Positions 32,602 through 40,973 of a stretch of 64,000 nt of DNA are shown here, piece after piece (position 1 is the first letter of the stretch; each line of letters starts with the position of its first letter). The notes under the pieces are model-generated. The model did no database searches and was not told the DNA's origin. It saw only the letters and a list, made by a program, of their open reading frames with translations. The stretch is from a bacterium (GTDB lineage: Bacteria; BMS3Abin14). The stretch is from NCBI GenBank assembly GCA_020350725.1, contig CP070719.1, positions 43,625 to 107,624 of the forward strand, read 5' to 3'. The translations under genes were made by a program, and so were the position numbers.

Positions 32602-32973
32602 ATGCCGGACGAAGGGACAGGGACAGAAGCGGGAAAACAGAGGAAAGACGTAAGGGAATTGACCAAAAAGTTGACAGCTGTGGGGTGGGGCCTGTTCTTC
32701 ATCTGGCTGGGGATCGCCCTTCTGTTCGATGCCGAGGTGGGATTCATCCTCGTGGGTGTGGGGCTCATCACCTTTATCATGCAGGCGGCCCGCAAATACT
32801 ACGGCCTGGAATCGGAGACCTTCTGGATCGTCGTCGCGGTCCTCTTCATGGTCGTGGGGCTGTGGCAGATCCTCGATCTCAAACTCTCCCTCATGGCGGT
32901 TCTGCTGATCGTCGTCGGGGCCGCTCTCCTCGTCTCGGCCGCAAAGGGGAGACGGAAGGGGGAGGAAGGGTAG
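32602..32973 (+). CDS. small integral membrane protein, unknown function
   Basis: 123 aa with 3-4 hydrophobic helices. Confidence 0.5.
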   Translation: MPDEGTGTEAGKQRKDVRELTKKLTAVGWGLFFIWLGIALLFDAEVGFILVGVGLITFIMQAARKYYGLESETFWIVVAVLFMVVGLWQILDLKLSLMAVLLIVVGAALLVSAAKGRRKGEEG

Positions 32974-33168
32974 GCCGAAGGGATACCCTGCGCCCTTCCC
33001 CCTTCCCGGGTCCGGTCATGCCGCCGGCCTCTGTCTTCCTTGCGGTTTGGTTTTGGCGGTGGTATAGATTGTCTCTTTCCCCGCGGAGGGCCTTGAGCGG
33101 CCCCCTTGCCCATCAATTCTTCCCCCTTTACCGGGTCGATACGGAACTTTCGGGAGCGCGAGGCCGGG

Positions 33169-34035
33169 ATGAAGATCAGTGACCTGTTCGGGAAAAAAAG
33201 GGTGCTCGTTTCCTTCGAGTTCTTCCCCCCAAAAGACACCGAAAGCGAGACCATCCTCGACGAGACGGTCAGCAGGTTGAGGCGGTTCGAACCGGACTTC
33301 GTGTCGGTGACCTACGGCGCCGGGGGAAGGACGCGGGCCGGAACCATGTCCTGGACCCTGAGGATCAAGGAGAAATACGGCCAGAACGTCATGATGCATC
33401 TGACCTGCATCGCCTCGTCCAGAGAGGATATCGATCGGATCATCTCAGACCTGAAGAGTGAGGACATCAGAAATGTGCTGGCCCTCAGAGGTGATCCGCC
33501 CAGGGATTTCCCCGCCCACGAGATCAGGGATGATTTCCAGTACGCCTATCAGCTCGTGGAATATCTTCGCAGCAAAAACGGTTTTTCCATCGGGGTAGCC
33601 GGCTATCCGGAGGGCCACGTGGAAGCTCCCTCCCTGGAAAAGGACATGGAATATCTGAAGCGGAAAGTGGACTCCGGTGCGGACTTCGTCATCACCCAGA
33701 TCTTCTTCGACAACAGATACTTCTACGAATTCATGAACAGGGCCGCCCGGGAGAGGATCGGAGTGCCCATCGTCCCCGGCATCATGCCCATCATCAACCT
33801 GGGTCAGATCCAGAGATTCACCGATATGTGCGGAGCCACGGTGCCGGACCGCATTGTCCGGAACATGGAGGGCAGGAATGCCGCGGACATGTTCCGGGTC
33901 GGCGTTGACGGCGCCATCGACCAGTGCCGAGAGCTCCTGGAGTTCGGTGTCGCCGGCCTCCATTTCTATACCCTCAATCGAAACGGAGCCACCGAGGAGA
34001 TCCTCGAGGAGATCATCACGGACGTCAGGGCCTGA
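33169..34035 (+). CDS. metF: 5,10-methylenetetrahydrofolate reductase
   Basis: FFPPK...VSVTYGAGG...HLTC motifs; start at internal Met (MKISDLF...). Confidence 0.85.
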   Translation: MKISDLFGKKRVLVSFEFFPPKDTESETILDETVSRLRRFEPDFVSVTYGAGGRTRAGTMSWTLRIKEKYGQNVMMHLTCIASSREDIDRIISDLKSEDIRNVLALRGDPPRDFPAHEIRDDFQYAYQLVEYLRSKNGFSIGVAGYPEGHVEAPSLEKDMEYLKRKVDSGADFVITQIFFDNRYFYEFMNRAARERIGVPIVPGIMPIINLGQIQRFTDMCGATVPDRIVRNMEGRNAADMFRVGVDGAIDQCRELLEFGVAGLHFYTLNRNGATEEILEEIITDVRA

Positions 34036-34123
34036 CCGGGCAGGTCAAGATCGCTCGCCGCCGTCGCGAAAGCCGTCCTCCGGGGCGGCTTTCACGTCTG
34101 GAAAGGTACCTGGTGGGCTTGGT

Positions 34124-35098
34124 TTATTCGAACAGGACGTTGGCGTCCACCCGATGGCCGGCTGCCTTGAGCAGCTTGATGAGGTTGATCTGCCACCCGC
34201 CGTCGGCCTGATAGGGCAAATAGGCGACGCCGAAGAACCCGGTTGGAACATCACTGGGCCTGTCTCCCCCGTGGAGGACGGCGACCCTGCCCTGTCCGAG
34301 CCTGCCGACGAGGTATCCGAGTTCGAAGATGATGTCCTGCCGGTGCCTCGGCTTGGCGATCTTGGCGGTGAGCCCCGGCAGGCCGCTCCTGTCGTCGGAG
34401 GGCAGTATGATCAGACAGAAACCAAGATCGGGCAGGGCCGCGATCCCCTCGATCTGGGATGCGGAGGATGACTGGGTTTCATCGATCATTGTCGCCTCGA
34501 CACCGAGCTTGTCGAGAAGACTGACCACGGAAAGGGTCATCTCGTCTTCCCTGGTGTGGAGCAGGAGGACACCCCTGTTCTCTTCCGGGGCGGGCCCCTC
34601 TGCCGGGGGGGGAGGTGGTGCGGCCGGCACCCTCGGCGCCTCCGGAGCCTTGGTCTTTGGGGCCGGCTTTTCCTCCACCAGGTCCTCTGCCTTGATCTCC
34701 AGGATCGCTCCACCCGCCCCGGACGGGAGGTCGTCGATGGCCGCCAGGATCTCCTCCAGCTGGGCGATGGCCTTGGGAATTCCCATCTCGAATTTCATCT
34801 GCTTTTCCGCGTGGGAATCCCTCAGGCTGACGTGGCCCATGAAGACCCTGAAAGCGCCGAACCTTTCCTGCTCGGGCGAATCCTCACCGAAGACGCCGGC
34901 GACAGTAGCGGCGACGGTCCGCTGCAGATCTTCGATCTCAGGGCTGTCGAAAGGGACGATCTTGGGATCGATGAAGCGGAGCTGGTCAAGGACCGAGGTA
35001 ATGGTCTGTCTGCCTCTGTCGACGGATATCCTGCCCACGGCCGCTCCCATGTCTCCGGCCCCTGCCGGGGAGAATGAGTGACGCACTCTACCGGACAA
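34124..35098 (-). CDS. two-domain protein: unknown N-terminal domain, Pro-rich linker, C-terminal TIR-like nucleotide-binding domain (COG4271-like)
   Basis: C-terminus VLLLHTREDE...FCLIILPSDD...RQDIIFELGYLVGRLGQGRVAVL...RPSDVPTG matches the TIR-like pattern recalled from memory (FIVHGHD / AIVLLTPDD / RQNVIFELGYFIGKLGR). Confidence 0.6.
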   Translation of the reverse strand: MSGRVRHSFSPAGAGDMGAAVGRISVDRGRQTITSVLDQLRFIDPKIVPFDSPEIEDLQRTVAATVAGVFGEDSPEQERFGAFRVFMGHVSLRDSHAEKQMKFEMGIPKAIAQLEEILAAIDDLPSGAGGAILEIKAEDLVEEKPAPKTKAPEAPRVPAAPPPPPAEGPAPEENRGVLLLHTREDEMTLSVVSLLDKLGVEATMIDETQSSSASQIEGIAALPDLGFCLIILPSDDRSGLPGLTAKIAKPRHRQDIIFELGYLVGRLGQGRVAVLHGGDRPSDVPTGFFGVAYLPYQADGGWQINLIKLLKAAGHRVDANVLFE

Positions 35099-35308
35099 TC
35101 TGGTTCTATTGTAACGACCATTACCCTGTTTTGCCAGCGAAAGAGGGTCTTTCTGAGGCAGGCGGCCGTAACGAAGGAAGGACAGGGTGTATTGCGCACC
35201 GCGTCTGTTTTTCCTACAATTAACCCGGGTTCACGGTTTTTGACCGGAGGCCCCCCGGGTCGCATACTCCGGACCGGGGCCTTCGAGCGGCCAGAGGGGG
35301 CTTTGCCC

Positions 35309-36229
35309 GTGAAGAGCACCCTGCTGAGCAGTAGCTTTCTCGCCCTGCTCCTCTTCCTGCCGGCCCAGGTTGTCGCCGGGGCTCTGGAGCAGGGGGTCGA
35401 CGCCTATGATCGCCAGGAGTTCGAGCTTGCCCTTTCCCTTCTCGAGCCCCTTGCAGCGGAAGGTCTCCCGGAGGCACAGCACTATCTGGGCAACATGTAC
35501 GCCTCCGGCGGGGGTGTTGTCCAGGATTTCACCGAAGCCCTTAAGTGGTGGTCTCTGGCCGCGGCTCAGGATCATACGGCCTCTCAGTACAACCTGGCAT
35601 ATCTCTATCATGACGGTCTCGGTGTCCCGGCCGACATTGACAGGGCTCTGGAATGGTACCGCCGCGCCGCGTCACACGGTGAACCGAACGCCCTGTATAC
35701 TCTCGGACAGATGTATGCAGTCGGGGAAGGCGTTCCACAGAGCCGCACCGAGGCCAAGCGTTATTGGCAGGATGCTGCAAACAGGGGCGATCCCGATGCC
35801 CAATACGACCTGGGCCTTCTGTACAGCGAGGAGGATGGCCGGGATCAGGCGGCGGCGCTGGGCTGGTTCCTCAGGGCGGCAGAGCAGGGGCATCCCTATG
35901 CCCAGTACCGCGCGGGTACCAGCTATTACGAGGGACGAGGGTGCACCGCAGATCCGCGAAGGGCCTTTGATTGGCTCAAGAAGGCGGCCGAACAGGGGGT
36001 CCCTGACGCCCAGGCCGACGTCGCAGCCATGTACGCACGGGGCGTGGGGGCACCCCTGGACATCTCGGCCGCCGTAACGTGGTATCATCGGGCCGGCCGA
36101 TCCCTCCTGTCGGACGGGAGGAGGGACGAAGCCATGGAGATCCTGGACATGATCGCCGAGACCGATCCGGGCAGCGACTCCTACCGGAAACTCTACACCG
36201 AGATCTTCGGCGGGGCGTCGGCCCCTTGA
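35309..36229 (+). CDS. secreted Sel1-repeat protein
   Basis: GTG start, signal peptide, multiple Sel1-like repeats (AQYNLAYLYHDGLGVPAD..., ALYTLGQMYAVGEGVPQS...). Confidence 0.7.
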   Translation: MKSTLLSSSFLALLLFLPAQVVAGALEQGVDAYDRQEFELALSLLEPLAAEGLPEAQHYLGNMYASGGGVVQDFTEALKWWSLAAAQDHTASQYNLAYLYHDGLGVPADIDRALEWYRRAASHGEPNALYTLGQMYAVGEGVPQSRTEAKRYWQDAANRGDPDAQYDLGLLYSEEDGRDQAAALGWFLRAAEQGHPYAQYRAGTSYYEGRGCTADPRRAFDWLKKAAEQGVPDAQADVAAMYARGVGAPLDISAAVTWYHRAGRSLLSDGRRDEAMEILDMIAETDPGSDSYRKLYTEIFGGASAP

Positions 36230-36654
36230 CGCGTCGTCCGGGACCGTGACAGGGGGGGGCTCTCCCCAGCGCCGGGGAAGCTGGGGATGACCGGGGCAAG
36301 AGGTTATCGATCATGACGTTCTGCGACTTTCTGTGTGTCTATGCCAAGCCGGCCAGGTCGGAGCTCGACGGAGGCCGTTCCTGCATGACCTTTACGGCCA
36401 TCTATTGTGAGCTCCACGACAGACATGTCGCGAAGGCCCAGCCCTGCCGGGAAAAGATCCAGAGAGACCTCGACAGGACCGGAGAGGACGGCGGGGAGAA
36501 GGCTTGAGGTCCCAGGACCGGGCCAAGGCCGGCCTTTACTTCCCTGTCGGCCCCCGCTAGACTGCTGTTCTCGGGCGACCGGACTCCGTGTCGGAGCCGT
36601 CCCCGTCTCGACTGGCGCTAAGGGTTGTCCACAACATACTCGGAGGTTGTCTCG

Positions 36655-36981
36655 ATGATCAGGATAGGGAGGATGGGAATACTGGCTGCAGCTCTTGTCC
36701 TGGGGCAGGCCCTGGCCGCCCTGCCGGCACTTGCCGATGATGTCATTCCCGTCAAGATCGAGGGGGATATCGTCCACAGGGACGGCCGATACGTGTTTAC
36801 CCCCAAAAAGGTGATCGTGTTGTCCCAGGCGTGTGACGAGATCGAGGGGTCCCTCTACCGGAGGTCCTATGAACTGACCCCGGAGGAGGTCAAGATCGAA
36901 GTCGTCTTCCAGGGTGAGGCGTTGAAGACGCTGGACAGGTGCCGCAAGGAGAGACCTCCGGCAGACAAGGGGGATCAATGA
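36655..36981 (+). CDS. small secreted protein, unknown function
   Basis: 108 aa; GGAGG 8 nt upstream; signal peptide MIRIGRMGILAAALVLGQALAALPALA; coding-like GC3. Confidence 0.4.
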   Translation: MIRIGRMGILAAALVLGQALAALPALADDVIPVKIEGDIVHRDGRYVFTPKKVIVLSQACDEIEGSLYRRSYELTPEEVKIEVVFQGEALKTLDRCRKERPPADKGDQ

Positions 36982-37122
36982 TCCTGCCGGACCGGCTTGA
37001 CGGCTCCTCCCCCTCTGGCAGGCCGAAGCCCCTGTGGACGATCACGGTCCGGGGGGCCGGATGGCGGGGCCCGGATGGCCGCCGGGCCGGCGACGTTCGC
37101 TCCCCAGAGGTCATGGAAGATA

Positions 37123-37884
37123 ATGGTCCGCCCGGGCAATCCTGACCACGGGAGGCATCCGCCGATCCACCTCGGAGGAATAGGGATCTCCCATGACAGA
37201 TACCCCACCCGGGATCATCATCCGTTCAACCTCGAGATCCTGCAGAACACATCCAGACTGATCTTCTCCTCACCGGTCACGTTCTTTGCCGGCGAGAACG
37301 GGTCCGGCAAGTCCACCCTCCTCCGTGGCATCTGCCTGAGCTGCGGCATTCACATATGGGAGAGCGAGCGACGCAGGCGCCTCGAGCCCAACCGATACGA
37401 GGGCAGACTGCACGAGGCGATTGACGTCCAGTGGAGCAGCCAAGGGGTTCCTGGTGCGTTCTTCGCGTCCGAGATCTTCAGGGATTTTTCCCAGGCGTTG
37501 GACGAGTTCGCGGCGGCGGATCCGGGCTTCCTTCGCTACTTCGGCGGCAGATCCCTTGTCAGCCAGTCTCACGGTCAGTCCATCATGTCCTATTTCAGGT
37601 CACGGTGCCGGATCGAGGGCCTGTACCTCCTCGATGAACCGGAGACGGCGCTGTCGCCGCGGAGCCAGATCCAACTCCTGCGGATCCTGGCCGGAGCCTG
37701 CCGGGGTGGGGGAGCCCAGTTCATCATAGCCAGCCACTCGCCCATCCTGCTGTCCTGCCCCGGAGCCCTGATCTACAGCTTCGACGGCGACGCAGTCGAG
37801 CCCATTTCCTATGAGGAGACCGATCACTACCGGGTCTACCATGATTTCATGCTGGACAGAAACAGGTACCTCGCCGGCCCGTGA
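37123..37884 (+). CDS. orphan ABC-type (AAA_21-like) ATPase
   Basis: 253 aa; Walker A GENGSGKST, Walker B LYLLDEPETALS, H-loop ASHSP; no transporter permease nearby. Confidence 0.7.
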   Translation: MVRPGNPDHGRHPPIHLGGIGISHDRYPTRDHHPFNLEILQNTSRLIFSSPVTFFAGENGSGKSTLLRGICLSCGIHIWESERRRRLEPNRYEGRLHEAIDVQWSSQGVPGAFFASEIFRDFSQALDEFAAADPGFLRYFGGRSLVSQSHGQSIMSYFRSRCRIEGLYLLDEPETALSPRSQIQLLRILAGACRGGGAQFIIASHSPILLSCPGALIYSFDGDAVEPISYEETDHYRVYHDFMLDRNRYLAGP

Positions 37885-37920
37885 AGGTCTTGTCGGCAAG
37901 GGGCGATCGCCAACCCCTGA

Positions 37921-38044
37921 TCTCCAATCTCCAATGTCTAATGTCTAATGCTCCAATCTCTATTGCTCTAATGCTCCAATGTCTAATGCTCCAATGTCTA
38001 ATGCTCTAATCTCTAATGTCTAATCTCCAGCCTCTAACGTCTCA
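37921..38044. repeat. degenerate 7-8 bp tandem repeat array (about 17 units, TGTCTAA / TGCTCCAA / TCTCCAA)
   Basis: Read directly from sequence; relatively AT-rich; lies between convergent 3' ends of the ATPase gene and the FTR-like gene. Confidence 0.8.
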
Positions 38045-38052
38045 CTCCACCT

Positions 38053-38583
38053 TCACATAAACCGGTCAAAGCGGTCCCCTTCCGCGTGGCAGATGGGACA
38101 GGTCTCGGGCGGTGTATGGCGCGCACAGAGGTATCCGCACACCCGGCACCTCCAGACCGGGTAGGCCAGGCCGGAGGATGCCGGGTGGTCGGTGTTCTCC
38201 CTTCCGGCCCGTTTCTGCCCCTCGGGGGGGCGCCGCTCCGGGATCGGCCCGGCCTGCCCCCTGCCCTCAGCGATATCGGCCGATACGTAAAGGGCACAGT
38301 AGCAGGACCCGAATTCAGCCAGGTCGGGATCCCTGTAATCACAGGGGCAGATGATGTCGAGGTCGCGCTCCCGTTGGCCGTCGGCGAGACGACAGGGGCA
38401 GGCCATGTAGCCGTAGCGCTCCTGGTTGACAAGCAGGCTTCGGACGAGCTCCATCGTGAAGGGTCTGTCAGGATTGAGGTGATATCCTCCTGCCGAGGCG
38501 TTCTCGATGAGCTCCCGGTATGCTTCCTCCACCCGGCGGGAGGAAGGCTCCTCCATCGACTCCCTCCGGTCCCTGTTCTTCAT
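38053..38583 (-). CDS. ferredoxin:thioredoxin-reductase catalytic-subunit-like protein fused to C-terminal rubredoxin (FDR-type)
   Basis: CPC...CPC...C.C cysteine pattern (ACPCRL, ICPCDYR, SCYCAL) plus rubredoxin CxxC...CPxC (CRVCGYLC...CPICHA); start ATG overlaps upstream stop (ATGA). Confidence 0.75.
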   Translation of the reverse strand: MKNRDRRESMEEPSSRRVEEAYRELIENASAGGYHLNPDRPFTMELVRSLLVNQERYGYMACPCRLADGQRERDLDIICPCDYRDPDLAEFGSCYCALYVSADIAEGRGQAGPIPERRPPEGQKRAGRENTDHPASSGLAYPVWRCRVCGYLCARHTPPETCPICHAEGDRFDRFM

Positions 38584-38861
38584 TTGGAGACCATTTCCTG
38601 GAGCCTGTCGGGATCGAAGCCGACCAGACACTCCGATCCGTTGACCACCACTGTGGGATAGGAACAGCGGGGATTCCACCGCTTCAGTTCCTCCAGCGCC
38701 CGGGTCTTCTCCTCCGGTGGAAGAAGGTCCACGTCAACGTAAGTGTATTCCAGGCCGGCATCGTTCAGCCAGGCCTTCGTCTTTCGACACCACCCGCAGG
38801 TGCTGAGAGTATACAGAAAGATCTTTCCTCTGTCGGTTCCGGGAACGTGGACCTTCTCCAT
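38580..38861 (-). CDS. glutaredoxin/thioredoxin-like protein (CGWC active site)
   Basis: FLYTLSTCGWCRKTKAWL...VDVD...PTVVVNG; translationally coupled to the downstream FTR-like gene. Confidence 0.7.
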   Translation of the reverse strand: MEKVHVPGTDRGKIFLYTLSTCGWCRKTKAWLNDAGLEYTYVDVDLLPPEEKTRALEELKRWNPRCSYPTVVVNGSECLVGFDPDRLQEMVSK

Positions 38862-39016
38862 TGACAACCTCCGGGCTGTTTGAGTGCTGGCAGGGGAGGG
38901 CGGGGCGAACTCCATCCCCGGCTCCTGGTTTTTCCCAAAGTATATTACAGACAGAGCCCTCCTTCCACCCGTTCGACCCTCCTGCCTGACAGGTCATCCC
39001 TGTCGGCCCGGAAGCG

Positions 39017-39571
39017 TCACCAGAAATGGTAGACATAGGATACGGTCACTTCGGTAGTGGCCGTCTCCAGGTCGAGGACGAGGGTGGTTCCGTCGATTTT
39101 GAGGTCGCCCGGGAAGGGGTGGTAACGGAGGGCCCACTGGATAACTCCCCTCGGGCCGACGATGAGGTCGAAGCCGCCCGCCGCGGAGAATCCAAGACCT
39201 TCCATGCCGGCATCCAGGCCCTCCCACTCGAGCGAATGGTGGCTGAGGTAGATCGATGCCCAGGGGGTCAATTTCTTCGCCTTCAGGTCCACGAAGTCCA
39301 GGCGGGGACCGAGGCCGAGAATGCCGTAGGTCAGATCCGAGGTGACGAACCCCGAGAAGACGCAATCCATCGAGAGGCGCCTGTTGAACCTCAGTCCGCC
39401 GTTGATGACCAGGCCGGAACCCTCTGTCCCGTCCGCGAGAGTACGCTCATCACTGGTAACGGACCCGAATTCGAGCCCGCCCCCCAGATACCAGGTCGGT
39501 TGAGGAAAGGCCGTCGTGGCTGACAGGGCCAGAGCTGCCAGAGACATCATCAGGCTCGAGAGACGCTGCAT
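39017..39571 (-). CDS. outer-membrane beta-barrel protein (OmpA-like 8-strand type)
   Basis: 184 aa; signal peptide, alternating hydrophobic strands, C-terminal ...YVYHFW. Confidence 0.6.
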   Translation of the reverse strand: MQRLSSLMMSLAALALSATTAFPQPTWYLGGGLEFGSVTSDERTLADGTEGSGLVINGGLRFNRRLSMDCVFSGFVTSDLTYGILGLGPRLDFVDLKAKKLTPWASIYLSHHSLEWEGLDAGMEGLGFSAAGGFDLIVGPRGVIQWALRYHPFPGDLKIDGTTLVLDLETATTEVTVSYVYHFW

Positions 39572-39918
39572 TTTTCCTCCCTTCCCGTTCGGTTTGGTGC
39601 GCGAGGACCCCGCCCTCGCTTCCTTGCCGGGGACTTACAATGTTCGTGCCAGGAGAAGAGAAAGGGCGGTGTCCCTAACTGCTTGATTTTGTGAAGGTTG
39701 TCGGGCCGGACTCTTCCCGCCCACCGGGGTGCTGTGAAGAGGGCTTCTCAAACGGTATGCTGAAGTGCGAAGCGATCCGCACACGCCGCCGGACGGGGGA
39801 GCCGCTTTCAATCCTCAGGGGGCAGAAAAGGCTGTATGTGGTACAATGACAACAGGTGGTCAATCGGGGGGAGCACCGGGTCCGGTAGGCAACCCATGTT
39901 ATGACGGGAGGTGATGTC

Positions 39919-40206
39919 ATGGCCGAACTTAGCCCAGATCTGGCTGTGGGCGTGGTGCGGGATTATTTCCGCAAAATAGAGGTGGCTGCTATTGAGGTGA
40001 CCGGGGGCACCATTAAAACCGGCGATACCCTTCGGTTCAGAGGCCACACCACGGACTTTGTCCAGAGGGTCGATTCCATGGAGGTCAATCACCGGAGTGT
40101 CACAGAGGCGAAGAAGGGCGACCTGGTGGGCATCAAGGTCGCCGACAGGGTCAGGGAGCACGACCTGGTCTTCATAGAGGGAGGAAAGGACGAGGAAATC
40201 CTCTAG
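39919..40206 (+). CDS. small hypothetical protein (possible EF-Tu domain-2-like beta-barrel)
   Basis: 96 aa from ATG preceded by GGGAGG; fold assignment is a guess. Confidence 0.4.
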   Translation: MAELSPDLAVGVVRDYFRKIEVAAIEVTGGTIKTGDTLRFRGHTTDFVQRVDSMEVNHRSVTEAKKGDLVGIKVADRVREHDLVFIEGGKDEEIL

Positions 40207-40256
40207 CGCCGCCGGCTTGCCCGCCGGGGGCAATTCCCCGGGGTCCTTCTGCAGGT

Positions 40257-40967
40257 GTGATCTTAACTCGTTACAGGATAATAGCTCTGGCGGCGCTGGT
40301 CGCCCTTTCGGCCATTCCCGTCCACGGTGCCGGAGCAGGATACAAGGCGCTTCGGGAAAGGATGGTCAAGCGCCAGATCGAGGACCGGGGGGTAAAAAAT
40401 CCCGCGGTCCTCGAGGCGATGAAAGAGGTTCCCCGCCACCTCTTTGTCCCGGAGAGATATCGGTCGGAGGCCTATGAGGATCACCCTCTTCCCATCGGCC
40501 TCGGTCAGACGATTTCCCAGCCCTATATCGTGGCCTTCATGACGGAGCTGCTCCAGCTCAAGCCGGGGGACCGCGTCTTTGAACTGGGCACCGGTTCCGG
40601 ATATCAGGCGGCTGTCGCCTCCAGGGTGGCCGGTGAGGTGTTCACCGTCGAGATCTACCGGGAGCTTGCCGCCTCCGCGGAGGCGAGACTGGCCGGGCAC
40701 GGATATTCCAACGTCACCGTCAGGGAGGGCGACGGATATTTCGGCTGGGAGGAGAAGGCTCCTTTCGACGCCATAATCGTCACCGCGGCCGCCGACCACA
40801 TACCTCCTCCCCTCCTGGAACAGCTGAGGCCGGGAGGACGTCTGGTGATACCCCTGGGCGGCCCCTTCTCGGTGCAGCAGCTGGTCATGGTCAACAAGGA
40901 CCTCAAGGGGCGCATAAGCGAGAGAGGCGTCATGCTCGTCCGGTTCGTCCCCCTTCTGGGCCATTGA
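40257..40967 (+). CDS. pcm: protein-L-isoaspartate O-methyltransferase, with N-terminal signal-like extension
   Basis: GLGQTISQPYIVAFMTELL...ELGTGSGYQAAV...LRPGGRLVIPLG. Confidence 0.85.
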   Translation: MILTRYRIIALAALVALSAIPVHGAGAGYKALRERMVKRQIEDRGVKNPAVLEAMKEVPRHLFVPERYRSEAYEDHPLPIGLGQTISQPYIVAFMTELLQLKPGDRVFELGTGSGYQAAVASRVAGEVFTVEIYRELAASAEARLAGHGYSNVTVREGDGYFGWEEKAPFDAIIVTAAADHIPPPLLEQLRPGGRLVIPLGGPFSVQQLVMVNKDLKGRISERGVMLVRFVPLLGH

Positions 40968-40973
40968 CGCATA

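Noticed and set aside
32974-33168. Possible SAM/SAH riboswitch upstream of metF
   Set aside because: No recognisable S-box or SAH-riboswitch consensus could be seen by eye; would need an Rfam scan.
36313-36507. 64-aa Cys-containing plus-strand ORF in the Sel1-ATPase intergenic region
   Set aside because: Plausible SD, but no recognisable domain and short length; insufficient support to call a gene.
37921-38044. Possible CRISPR array
   Set aside because: Units are only 7-8 bp with no unique spacers and no cas genes nearby; it is a simple tandem repeat.
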